Shown here: piece after piece, positions 14,901 to 27,193 of the stretch
Position numbering within the stretch: position 1 is the first letter of the stretch
How the letters are laid out: every line of letters starts with the position of its first letter
NCBI RefSeq assembly: GCF_963676685.1
Contig: NC_092353.1
Coordinates: 51,956,001-52,020,000 of the forward strand
Direction: 5' to 3'
Length of the DNA stretch: 64,000 nt
Origin: Mytilus edulis
Taxonomy: Eukaryota
Notes under the pieces: generated by a model
What the model saw: only the letters and a program-made list of their open reading frames with translations
What the model was told of the DNA's origin: nothing
The model's database searches: none
Made by a program: the position numbers and the translations under genes

Positions 14901-16788
14901 TATAATAAATTCATTGTATTTCCTTTAAGAGAGGAATAAAGCTTTCTGCATTTTCATGATTATAGATAGATGAAAAGCATGCACAAAAGATTTCTTTGAG
15001 TCAATGCCAAATTTTTATGAAAATTGACATAAGCTTTATTATTCAAAAAGCATTTGGAAATTCAGCACAAAAGTAACTTATATGTGGTTCATTCTCCTGA
15101 ATTTAACCCACCTTTATATAAATTATTCCATTAGTTATATAACTGACACCATTTTCATCAGTGCCAGCAATATTTTATTTTTTGCCAATGTTCATGTCAA
15201 TCCTTCCATCAAATGTGAAATTCTTCACTGATCAAAGAAATTGATAATTAGTGTAATCTATTTCCATCTTTGCCAAGAAACTTTCATTAAATAGATTGCA
15301 TGATATTTTAGATGGCATGGGATTTCCAGAAATAACAGCAGTTGTAAGGTGGATTGTTGTTTCTAACAAATGATTTATCTCCGATTGTTTATGAAAGCAA
15401 TGGAGATTGGAAATTGATGTGTGATATTACATGCTTCCAATTATTTTACACAAAACTGGCCTTTCTATTTAGACTTTATCTTTGTTTCTTCAGGAAACAA
15501 TGTTGGAAAGTCCTGAAGTCAATGTTAAGACTGTCAGCCTTTAAGGCCAGCAGTCATAAGTTGTCTATCAAGTCTTGTTAATAAATTGGAGATAATAATT
15601 ATGAAGAAGAAAAAATCTGTCAAGATATATTTGAAACTCAATGTTGGATTTTCATTAATCATGACCCAAGTAATGTCAAACTTCAAAATGATCTTAGGCT
15701 TATGACTTGAACATATAGTTTCACCTTTTTTGAAAAGGGGCTGAAGTCTTTGATAACCTCCCTTGGAAATTTTAATAGGGGGAGAGGTTTATAGGAATCA
15801 CACTTTGTCCATGTAAGTTTTGTCAAACTCAAGACTTTTAAATGCCTTTTAAAAAAAAGACATTAATGATAATAGATGAAAATGGACTCAAGTTTGCCCA
15901 CTATCAGAATAAGGCTGTCACAAATACATCAAGGTTCAGATTACCTCAAATCACCCACCCCCTCCTCTAAGGATGTTTAATAAGAGTCATCTCCTGATTT
16001 TACTATAAATTTAATGATAGGTGTTTATCTGACAATAGGATGTGTATCATCACGTCAATGAATAATATCTAATAGTTTATGTCATCAAACTAATCATTCA
16101 CTTTTGGGACACCACAAGAATTGAGGTTGGACATCTATGTACAGAGAACATATTAACAGGTCATATCTACTTTGTGGATAGTGAATAGTAAAAAATTTGG
16201 ATTTTCAGGACATATAAAAATTTACGTCAAGATTAAGTAATTTTAGATATTTAGGAATTCTCAAGTTTTATCCAACATTATAATGCATAGAGACTTATGT
16301 TTTGACCCAATTTCTCCTCAAAAGTAAATACAAACAACACATTTTGTGATTGATTTGAATCCTCTTAAGAATAAAATGGAGAATGTGTCCATGGAACACA
16401 GATAAATGCCCCTGCTTGCATAATGAAGTAATAAAGGGGCATAACTCTACAGTGGTAAAATTGACACATCGCAAATCAAACTTGATATGTATTTTGTTGT
16501 TATATATAAAGCACTGTGTATAAGTTTTATAGAATTTGGTTCAGGCAAATTAAAATCAGAAAAAATGAAAACCATTTTACAGTCATACGTCGGACAAGGG
16601 TAAATTGTAATGCCCTGTCCTCTACTGATGATGATGAAGAGCTAAAAAAATTTAATAATTACAGGTTGAAACAAAAATAAGCTGGTTTCATGATTTACCT
16701 TAAATATAAAACAAAATTCTACTCTTTATTGTGTAGACACCACATGATATTCTTATTTAATTAATGTAGAAATAAAACTGATATTATA

Positions 16789-17098
16789 TTTTTATGCCCC
16801 ACCTACGATAGTAGAGGGGCATTCCACCTACGATTGTAGAGGGGCATTATGTTTTCTGGTCTGTGCGTCCGTTCGTTCGTTCGTCCGTCTGTCCCGCTTC
16901 AGGTTAAAGTTTTTGGTCAAGGTAGTTTTTGATGAAGTTGAAGTCCAATTGACTTCAAACTTGGTACACATGTTCCCTATGATATGATCTTTCTAATTTT
17001 AATGCCAAATTAGAGATTTTACCTGCATTTCACGGTCCACTGAACATATAAAATGATAGTGCGAGTGGGGCATTCGTGTACTGAGGACACATTCTTGT
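16789..17098 (+). mobile_element. Short HINE-type element (family 2)
   Basis: TTTTTATGCCCC...GGGGCAT palindrome, (CGTT/CCGT)n microsatellite, and 3' end GGGCAT.CGTGTAC...GACACATTCTTG-TT. An interrupted copy lies at 33256-34622. Confidence 0.7.
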
Positions 17099-17186
17099 TT
17101 ATTTTAACTTTCAACCAATTTTTAAAAAAACATTCCTTTTATCAGTATTATTTTATGTATATCATAAAAATTACTCTTTTGAAGTA

Positions 17187-18447
17187 AATCGGCGAAACAT
17201 GTCGACAATAAAAGATGCAGTTTACTTAAGTGTTGTTGTCAATGTAGCGGTATTTGATTTTTTTATATGACAACCCTGCATACCATCTGGTATCCACTTA
17301 AGGGAATTCTACCAGCACAAAACATAAGAGGCGTTGGTTCAGCAGCTCTTTATTTATCTTTTGATATTCCATCTGAACCCCTGCATCCTCGGATCCGCCT
17401 ATACCACACAGCGCCGACCCCACGGCCATCTCTATACCGAGCAAGAACGAAGAATTCCAAGAAGCCAACAAACAACTGATACCAACAATTACTGCCAAGA
17501 AACCACCAAACAAAAGGAAACTTATATGAAGAACAAACAGAGGACTACATTCCTACAACAGGACGGCCAATATATCAAGATTTATATGTACCATCATTCT
17601 GTGCCATCAGAAAATTAAATGTAAAATTATTTTAGTGTGAAACCTTAAAAAGGATCTTTCAAAAGTAAATGGAGATGACACAAAACAGCCAAGATAGATT
17701 TCCAGTACTATTTAAAACCTGCAGGAAATTAAAGTTAAAAGAAGTAAGATACAAAGAACATAAATCCTTCCCACCACCATTTCCAGTTCAACCAACATTG
17801 CCAAGAAATTTTGCGACAGTAAACCACTTTACAGCATTCCCGACGCGATTGGAAGTAGTACCTCTGGCCAAAGGGAACCCAGTCGAAGTGGTAGGGGTGT
17901 GCCCTATAAGTGTTGTCCAAATTAGGAAGAAACTTTATAAAACTGTACACTGACATTGTACTTACATTCATGTTACACAAATTTAATTTCTATTTAAAAA
18001 CACATTTTATTTATACACTTACCATTATAATAGTTTACAACTATTTTAAAGTTAAAGACAATTCGAAAAATTATAGATTAACTCTAAATTTAGTAACTTC
18101 ATTTGCATTGTACTATGTTTGATTCATTTTCTGTTCAACATTACATAATGATATAGAGTATCCCATTGCAACGTCAACAATGGACAATTATGACATCACA
18201 TACATGATACCATTATTTTGTACTTCAGGGGTTCTAATTTTGTATACTTTGTCCTGATGAAGCCGATCTAATCGGCGAAACATGTCGACAATAAAAGATG
18301 CAGTTTACTTAAGTGTTGTTGTCAATGTAGCGGTATTTGATTTTTTTATATGACAACCCTGCATACCATCTGGTATCCACTTAAGGGAACTCTACCAGCA
18401 CAAAACATAAGAGGCGTTGGTTCAGCAGCTCTTTATTTATCTTTTGA
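17187..18447 (+). mobile_element. Non-autonomous hammerhead-ribozyme retroelement (retrozyme-like or internally deleted Penelope-like element)
   Basis: 178-bp direct repeats at 17187-17364 and 18270-18447 with one mismatch. TCTTTTGAAGTA is present at both flanks (17175-17186, 18440-18451). A hammerhead core overlaps the start of the right repeat. No RT motif is seen. Confidence 0.85.
18249..18291 (+). ncRNA. Minimal type-I hammerhead ribozyme
   Basis: UUGUC (stem I) - CUGAUGA - A - GCCGAU cua AUCGGC (stem II) - GAAAC au GUC, cleavage after C18286 - GACAA (stem I partner). All canonical core nucleotides are present. The short palindromic stem III (ACAUGU) is typical of dimer-acting Penelope/retrozyme hammerheads. 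Confidence 0.9.
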
Positions 18448-19272
18448 AGTATATATATATGTAATAAAAAAAGGAGCAAGTCATCATACAAAAAAGCAGA
18501 AAAAATATTAATTATGCATCTTTTTATGACATATCATCACATTATATTTTGAAGCTTACAAATGAGAAAGTGACTTTATTATATAAACCACATGACCATA
18601 TTAAGGTGATGTACAATAAATAGGACATCATATTCAAAGTAATAAATCGGTAACAGGGCCTGCAGCTTTTGATGGTGATAGTTTGTCATTTGTATCCCTA
18701 GAGAAATGACTGTGTCTAAATCGGGCCTAAATTACCCCTACTATTCATGTTCAACACATTTGCAATTTATTTTAAAGGGGAAAAAATATAGTGTTGTTTC
18801 ACTTTTTTTGAAAGTGACAGTTTATCATGCCAAAAAATGGTTTTGTCATAAACTGTGGGAGTCGAGTTGAAAATCTTGTATCTCTAATACAGCAAAGAAA
18901 TTGTGATGAAAGGTCTTTATGTCAGCATTACACTCAGCTTACTTCCTTCAAATTGCTAATCCTGAAAAACAAAACTTGTTTCCTAATTTTAACAATAGTT
19001 GAAATAATCAAGTGAGTTTGATGAATATGAATATGAAACTGTTGTATTGATCGGTTAATTCAACAACAGTAAAATACACCTCAACAAACGAAAAGGAAAA
19101 TTTGTATCATTTGTCATTTGGGTTTTTTTTATAGCGAACTATGGGCAATGATGGGTTTTATTCATTGTTGAAGAATGTACAGTGACCCATTTTTCTGTGT
19201 CATTTGGTATGTGCTAGAAAGTTGTCTCATTGGTAATCAAACCAGTTACATCTTCTTATTTTTATGTTTTAA

Positions 19273-20741
19273 GGTGGTACCTAACACTAAAGGGAGATAA
19301 CTCTGTAATATCAGCTAAACATTTTAAATACGTTGCGTTGTGAAGGCAATATAAAGCTTCTCAATGATCAAAATAAGTGTTTGTCAAACTGCTATATAAC
19401 CAGTGTAATTTTTGTCGAGCCTGCAACTTTTGTTGCAGAAAGCTCGACATAGGAATAGTGATCTGGTGGCGGTGTTAGCTCACTTCTTAAAAGCTATATA
19501 TTTTAGAAGGTGGAAGACCTGGATGCTTCATATTTTGTATATAGATGCCTCATGTTACGAAGTTTCTGTCAGTCACATGTCCATTGTCCCTGACCTCATT
19601 TTCATGGTTCAGTGACCACTTGAAAAAAAAGTTCAGATTTTTTGCAATGTTAAATTCTCTCTTACTGTAAGTAATAGGATAACTATATTTAGTATGTGCG
19701 TACTTTGCAAGGTCCTCATGCCCGTCAGACAGTTTTCAATTGTCCTCAACCTCATTTCATTGATCAGTGAACAAGGTTAAGTTTTGGTGGTCAAGTCCAT
19801 ATCTCGGATACTATAAGCAATAGGTCTAGTATATTCGGTGTATGGAAGGACTGTAAGGTGTACATGTCCAACTGGCAGGTGTCATCTGACCTTGACCTCA
19901 TTTTCATGGTTCAGTAGTTATAGTTAAGTTTTTGTGTTTTGGTCTGTTTTTCTCATACTTTATGCAATAGGTCTACTATATTTGTTGTATGGAATGATTG
20001 TAAGGTGTACATTTCTAGCGGGCTGGTGTCATCTGACCTTGACCTCATTTTCATGGTTCAGTGGTTATAGTTAAGTTTTTGTGTTTTGGTCTGTTTTTCT
20101 CATACTTTATGCAATAGGTTTACTATATTTGTTGTATGGAATGATTGTAAGGTGTACATGTCTAGCGGGCAGATGTCATCTGACCTTGACCTCATTTTCA
20201 TGGTTCAGTGGTCAAAGTTCAGTTTTTGAGTTTTGGCCTTTTTATCTAATACTATATGTCATAGGTCAACTATATTTTGTGTATGGAAATATTTTATGAT
20301 CTATATGTCAGTCGCTCATGTTTTATTTGACCTTGTCCTGGTTTTCAAGGTTCATTGCTCAGTGTTAAGTTTTTGTGTGTTTGTCTATTTTCTTAAACTA
20401 TAAGCAATAGGTCAACTATATTTGTTGTATGGAAGCATTGTTAGCTGTACATGTCTGCCTGGCATATGGTTCAACTGACCTTGACCTCATTTTCATGGTT
20501 CATGTTAAGTCTATGTGACAGTCGTAATAAAGCTTTAGATTTAGGAGTATCAACATAATATCAATGATTAGTAAAGAAGGCTAGACATTTCTGTATGTGC
20601 ACTCTTGTTCTGATAAAATGGTTGGTTAAAAATTTTTGAAATTTTTATATTTTTGTTAAAGGGTCAAAGTAAATACTTTGTCAAAATTTTATCAAAATTA
20701 AACAAGCCAAATTAATTTTAGTGAAAGTGTTAGGTACCACC
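19273..20741. mobile_element. Kolobok-like non-autonomous DNA transposon, interrupted by a Helentron-type insert
   Basis: 16-bp TIR GGTGGTACCTAACACT / AGTGTTAGGTACCACC with TTAA on both sides. Purine termini favour Kolobok over piggyBac. Confidence 0.75.
19410..20608 (+). mobile_element. Helentron-associated (HINE/DINE-1-like) element with internal tandem repeats of about 150 bp
   Basis: Inserted in a T run. 5' palindrome TGTCGAGC...GCTCGACA; repeated units ...CTGACCTTGACCTCATTTTCATGGTTCAGTG; ends GTGCACTCTTG-TT. A second copy lies at 33376-34452. Confidence 0.75.
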
Positions 20742-23700
20742 TTAAAATAACTGAATAAAATACCATATATAAACAGAACCAGATATAATAAGGTAGCCTT
20801 AATTTTTTGCACAGAAAACAAGGTCAATAGACAATAACTTGTTATACATCATTCATTAACAGGGCTGACCAAACAAAGGAAAAAAAAACAGCTGGTTTGT
20901 TTGTAACTGAAACTTAACATCATTACTGATTGTCAAAGTTAATGTGACACTTGTCATATTTTATATTAACTTAGTTTTGGAGACAAAGAAGAAAAAAACA
21001 TCACTATCTATTCATTTTATTTAGACATTGGAGACATAGATAGAAGAAGTACTAAATTTATTCTGATATTTTATGATTATGATGGGTAGCGTTTATAATA
21101 AAATGTCACACTGTGTGTGAAATTGAAAAGTGGCAAATTTTGTATTTTTGATTTTTATATATGTATTGTTCATAAGAATACATTAAAATATATCAGATTT
21201 CTAACCCAGTTTTCAAAAAGAAATCCTGCTATGTATTTGTGATGGTCAAGTTGTCAGCTCTACTTCTTTCTGTGCAAAAACTTGCGAACCTTTCAATCAA
21301 ATTTCCTTTTCAATTTATTGATATGTTGTTTACGGATGACAAAATTTTACATCTGTTGTGCAGGAGTTATGGTCCTTGATTGATTGGGAAAAAGCATCTA
21401 AAGTTTATCCATGCAATAATTTTGGAATTGTTTGAACATAGCTTTTTTTTTTTAAGTCAACATTCAATATTGATCATTTTCTTTTTGTCGTTCTGTGAGT
21501 GAAGAGTTATGGCACTTTGATACTTGTAATTTATAATAAAATCCCTATTTTTTGCTTTTATTTTAAGTCTTTTGTTCAATTTGAATTGAAGACAGAAATT
21601 ATTTGTCTTTTAATAAGTAAATGAAAGGAGGAAAAGTACTACAAGCTTTAAGGTAATATTGCTCAAGATGATTGCATTCTAAATATTATTTTTCAAATTT
21701 ATACTTTATTTATAATGTCTTTTACAGAAAGAATTGAGCCATAAAGTTTTGTTTTTGCTGTTAGATTGCTGTCTTATTGATTCATACTGCATGTCTCCTT
21801 TTATTTCAAATGTAAGATGTTCACATCAAAGAATAGACAACCCAATAATAAAATTAATCGAAGTTCTCTAGTGTTTCTCTTGGTCTCTGTCACCTTTAAA
21901 ATTAAAATAAATGTTTTTCAATAATAAATACTTAAGAGTACAATATTAACACAAAAATTATTAATGATATTAAATATTTGTTGACATTTTACAAGTCTAG
22001 TCGTAAGTACCTATCATATTTGTCCCAGTGACCCACAGTCTTATGATACTGTCATGTTTTGTTTGCATGCTATTTGCATGAGAAATGAGAGAGGTCACCA
22101 TGACATATTCAATAATGTATGCTCATAATAGATTCTTCTCTTGTTATTAATTGCTTGGATGGAGGTGAATATCCCCTTTATTGAAAGTAAATGGTTATAA
22201 TGATATATTAGAGGGTGGCAAAGAGGTTATAATGATATAATCGAGGGTGGAAAAGAAAGAGTTATTACTGTTATTTTAGAAATTATTGCATGCATTTATT
22301 ATTGCAATTTAGTCATTTTAGACTAAAATGCAATTTTAATTTTTTGCAATATTTTAGTTTATTTAACAAATTTCAAAATGTAAGTTTTAATTTTTGCTTT
22401 TATAAACGTGTTGCATATTTCGCAATAATTTTGAATTTACAGTAGTTTTGATATATTGGCTTTATTGATATAATTGATGGTGACAAAGAGGGTGTTTGTT
22501 TTTATAACAGTTTGGCAAGGGATTGATAAGTCTGTGACAAAGGAAGTTGACATTGTGTAGTCAGATGTGCCAATTTTGAGTTTGTGCAGAGTTTCCTTTT
22601 AGCCCTGAATATTTTGCTTCTATAGAAAATTTGGTTAATAGGATGGCACAGAAAGTGCATATCCTGATCATGCTCAATGCATGCTTGTTGCATCTCCATC
22701 AGTTTTTATAAACACGCTTTCTAAGAATGAAAACATTGGAAAACAGGTTGCTTATGTAAATAAACTTTTAGAAGAGTGTTACAAATATTATAGGGGTGTC
22801 CTCATGAAGAACTATGATGATATAAAATGTCAACTCTAATAAATGATATATTTTGTGAATGATTGGTAGACTTTCAAAGAATCTTGTATATAGAAATTGA
22901 ATTATGGCTTGCTCATAGAGAGAAGAATTAATGAAAAAGCTGTGATGATTAATTGTCATGTCATCTTTTGCATTTTTATTCTCCCTAGTCATGTTTCAGT
23001 CATTAAGCTTGTTTACACTAGTGATAATATAAACCAAAAAGAAAGAACAAGAATCTCAGCTTTATGTGTCTCGTTGATATGTTTTCATTTAGCAGCCTGT
23101 GAATGAGTGGTCAGTATACTGAGTCATCTTCATGCCAGATATGAAAAGTTGTCCATGTATGCTTTTGAAATGCTGGACTTTTCACCTGGTTTCTGTTAAT
23201 AGCGTCTGGCTTTTCTCAAAAGTTTTCTACAAAAAGGGTAAAACTTTATACGATGGGGATGGGACATAACAGTAGCAGCATGACAACAAGAATAAAAAGT
23301 TTATATGCAAATTATGCATTCTTCCTTCAAATAATCTTATATGATAGAGTTTATCTCAAACCCTACTTCCTTATTAGTTACTATTGAAAGGTAAATTAAT
23401 GTAAAAGAACACAGCCCAAGTCAATGAATGCTGCAGGTGAATTATCTTTCTACACTAACATCCAGTCCTGACCAGTGGTCATCAGAGAATGTATAGATTT
23501 TCCTCTAGGTCCTCATTATTAATGCTGGCATTATTACAGATTCCCTATATATACAACCTATTGATTTGTCCTAGAAATTGCCTATATATTTAGGTCATAG
23601 AAGCAATGAATTTTTAGATCAAAGTAGATATTTTCCAGCTGATCATTTTCTAGTTTAGGATAAAATATTCTGAACATGAATAAGTTTAGGCCTTCTAGGC

Positions 23701-26700
23701 AATAATTGGATTTTAACTTATTGCACTTGTACAGAAATGGTGTGAACTGTACTAATATTTAGAAATCTGTTTAATATAACAAAGACCTGATGATCAATAG
23801 AGAATTATTTGTTATATAAATGACATTTATTATTCATTTATGATTGAAAAGTGAATACAAAGCAATGGTTGATTTCAGATGAATTATATTTTATCAGTGC
23901 ATGAATCAAATAAGAAAAGAAAATATAAGTATTGCAAATCATCTTAAAATTATTCTTTTAAAGGTGTCATGAATATTTTTTTAACAATTTTAAAAAAATA
24001 ATATAAGTCATTTATCCAAGTATTTCACGGTTAGAGACTTAAATTTATTTGCTGTTCATTTATTTTTTAAATAAAAATTGTACAAAAGTTTTTTTTTTCT
24101 TTTTTAAAAATTGTTTAGTATTTTGAAGTCCTGTTATAGCAAGTGTTGTTCATTGTTGAAATACTGGGACCTGTTGTTGTTCTGACACTCTCTAGTTGAT
24201 AGTTGTCTCATCAACAATCATTTCAAGGCTCTGTGTTGAAGGCCGTACATTGACTTGTAATGGTTTACTTTTATAAAATGTTATTTGGATGGAGAGTTGT
24301 CTCATTGGCACTCATACCAGATCTTCTTATATCTGTTATTTAAGATTATGCTTATATTATATTAGTAAACACTCTGAAATCTAAGCTTCTTAATACATAT
24401 ACTGTGACAGGTGGCAGCACCATCTGTTAACAAAAGTCTTTGAAATGTTCAATACAAATTGTGTACCTTATCAATAGTCCATCTGGTGCTATACAGATGT
24501 CTCTTGGTATGTGGATTGTCTCAAAAAGTTTATAAAGTTTATATTTGGTTTAATGTTTTTGAGAGCCAAATTTAAATAAAATACCAAATAGTTCAGGTAA
24601 CCTTTGGAAGTTAAGGGACAGGTGTTTTTGATACATCTTCAAATCCCTGGTTCACTTTAGAATATATGAATACTGGTACATGAATATAAATAATTGCTGC
24701 TGTAAAATACAAGTATACATACATAAAAAAAAAATGTTTTAAACATGGTTTCACTAAAATAAAGGCAACAGTAGTATACCACTGTTCAAAACTCGTAAAT
24801 CTAGGGACAAAAAACAAAATCGGGGTAACAAACTAAAACTGAGGGAAACGCATTAAATATAAGAGGAGAACAACGACACAACATTAAAATGTAACACACA
24901 CAGAAATCCATAAACAAAAAAGCCAAGACATAAAATATAAGAAATTAGTTCAAGATTATTTTTTTTTTTGATAATTGAAAGAACTCAAAAGCTTAGGTCA
25001 GTAGTGTTACTAGGTAGATCACAATCATTGAATCACACACTTTATAAGACCATCAAGAAATCTTAGGGCTGAAACAATGTTGTTTTTTTACAAAAATATC
25101 AACTTGACATTTGAACCAATCAATCTTCTTTATTGTTTCACATATAGCAAACTAATGATGCAATTTGGACCCCAGATACCTATGTAAGGCATATATGAAC
25201 ACATGTCATTTAGAACCAATTATTTATAAATGTGTCATTGTTGCAAGCTCTATTCCCATGGGCCTCTATTTTCACTACTTTGAGACGGGCCATTTAGACG
25301 AATTAAAATTGTCCTTGACCAAATAGACAAGATAATATTTGTTATCATCTGACCAGTGGTCAGTATGGGTTGTGTCAATAAATAGGTGTGATAAGTATAC
25401 TAATTCAGATTGCAAGATCTGTTTATATGTATGTTTACTTACAAATAAGCCAAATCTGTTTGATACACAAGACATGACATTTAATATCTGCAAGTATGGC
25501 ATGGGGTATCTAGCGGTTCCACATACTGAACCAGACAAAGCATTGAGTTTGTTTTGTCCAAATAACGGATTAAATTGCATTTCAAGAACTGGCAAACCTG
25601 TCTTAACTGAACGACTGACCAAATTAAGCAGGTGAATCTAACTTGAAGAGAAAATATATCAAAGAATTGTATAGATGTATCTATATGCTATTTAGGGAGG
25701 TTATTGTTTATAAAAACATGATTTGGTAAGGACACTGTTTAATTGGTACAATAATGATCATACTAATATACAAACATTAAACTGCTACAAATAAATAAGG
25801 CATTGATTGTTTTCCCTGAGTACTTTTTTAGCTTGATTTTCCTAATTGGAGACTAGTCCAAAATAATTGGACAGAATTAATTGATATTCTGTCAGATTTG
25901 TCAGTTTCTATCATCAGTGAGGAGTAGTATTGATTTTCAACTTATTTTAGTGCTTACTCAGCTTATATATTTGAACCTGGGACTATATTTGTTTAAAATC
26001 AAATCCTGTTTCTCTAACATTGATGGGATGAATAAAATGTTGATCAAAATGAGGTAGTTTTAGTTGATATTCCAATCTTAAGAGTTCTGTCACAGTCACT
26101 GCGAGCACACGTCCCCCAAAATCCTCCAATCAATAAGTAAATTACTTCAGTTTTCTAAGCAAGTACAGATGACACTTCCCAGGTACAAATCCCCTTTAGA
26201 TATACATACAAACACTTTTAATGCTCTGCAAATATACTTCAGTTATATACTTAGGGGGAAATTATGACAGTTTGACGGTGTTTGTTACGACTCTGTGTAC
26301 TAGATATTCACTGGTCAGCTTGACCCATGTTTTTGAATGAATTAGTTTTCTTGGTCAGTTTGACCAGAACCTTTAATTTTGGTGTGAGCTTATCAGAAAA
26401 GTTGAATGAAAATGAATGTTTATTGAAGTCTACCCTGTGACAAACAACAGATTGTGGAAAAGTGAAGTGTACTCTTAATAAATTCTCTTAGTATTTATAG
26501 TTGTAAATAAATGAAACTCAATTTCTGGTTGTTCATCTTGTTTTAATGTAACTTTATGCAAATGCAAAGCACAATATATTGTTCTGTTATTTCAGCCATT
26601 TTTTAAGCAGTCTTTATTGGTTTTTTTTACTATAATATATCTATTTTAATGTTTTGTTTGAGGTTCCTTGATATCAGATTTGCTGTTCTACAGATGTAAC

Positions 26701-26975
26701 CAGTAAATTCTGAAAAAATAGATATAAATGTTTAAATGAGATTTATTTTTCATCTCTGAGATAATTCAATCGAGACTTGGTTCTTTTATCCTAGACTAGG
26801 GCATCAGGGTATATTTTTTTTTCAAAAAGGAGAGTTCTCTTGATGTTGTCTTTTGGGAAAACACTTATGTAAATATTACTTGCAGCAAGACTCACTGTTA
26901 CTGAAATGACACATAATTTGAAATGCCGTTCAGTTAATAGACAATGTTTAATAATCCGTTTTGTGTTATTTTCAG

Positions 26976-27097
26976 ACATACAGAATGGGTTTCTACTGGA
27001 AACTGCCAAGAGAGAATGGTACTGTTCAGCAGAGTCAGATGAGGAGAGATATAATTGGATACAGTTGGTACAACAAACAATCAGAACAGCTATTTAA
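26976..27097 (+). CDS. ECT2L: Terminal coding exon of the ECT2-like RhoGEF
   Basis: Acceptor ttttcAG at 26974-26975. The phase-1 join T|AC gives Tyr, then IQNGFLLETAKREWYCSAESDEERYNWIQLVQQTIRTAI*. This is the typical PH C-terminal helix and is colinear with the recalled ECT2L YVKNAFIL...WICATE.EDDK..WL..L..AI. Implied intron is 7871-26975. Confidence 0.9.
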
Positions 27098-27193
27098 TAG
27101 GACCGCAGTAACTAACCACAGAATATATAATTTAGAAAGTTTGTGAGAGAACAGCTATTTAATAGGACCGCAGTAACTAAGTACAGAATATAT
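27083..27193 (+). repeat. 65-bp-period duplication spanning the ECT2L stop codon
   Basis: AGAACAGCTATTTAATAGGACCGCAGTAACTAA..ACAGAATATAT at 27083 and 27148. Confidence 0.9.

Noticed and set aside
17187-18447. LTR retrotransposon or TRIM interpretation of the direct repeats
   Set aside because: No TG...CA termini, primer-binding site or polypurine tract was seen, and the repeat begins in the middle of a ribozyme, as expected for a permuted Penelope or retrozyme copy.
25275-25635. Overlapping antisense ORFs of 115 and 98 aa in the ECT2L intron
   Set aside because: No recognisable domain, non-ATG or weak starts and no convincing splice partners. The ECT2L exons join correctly without them.
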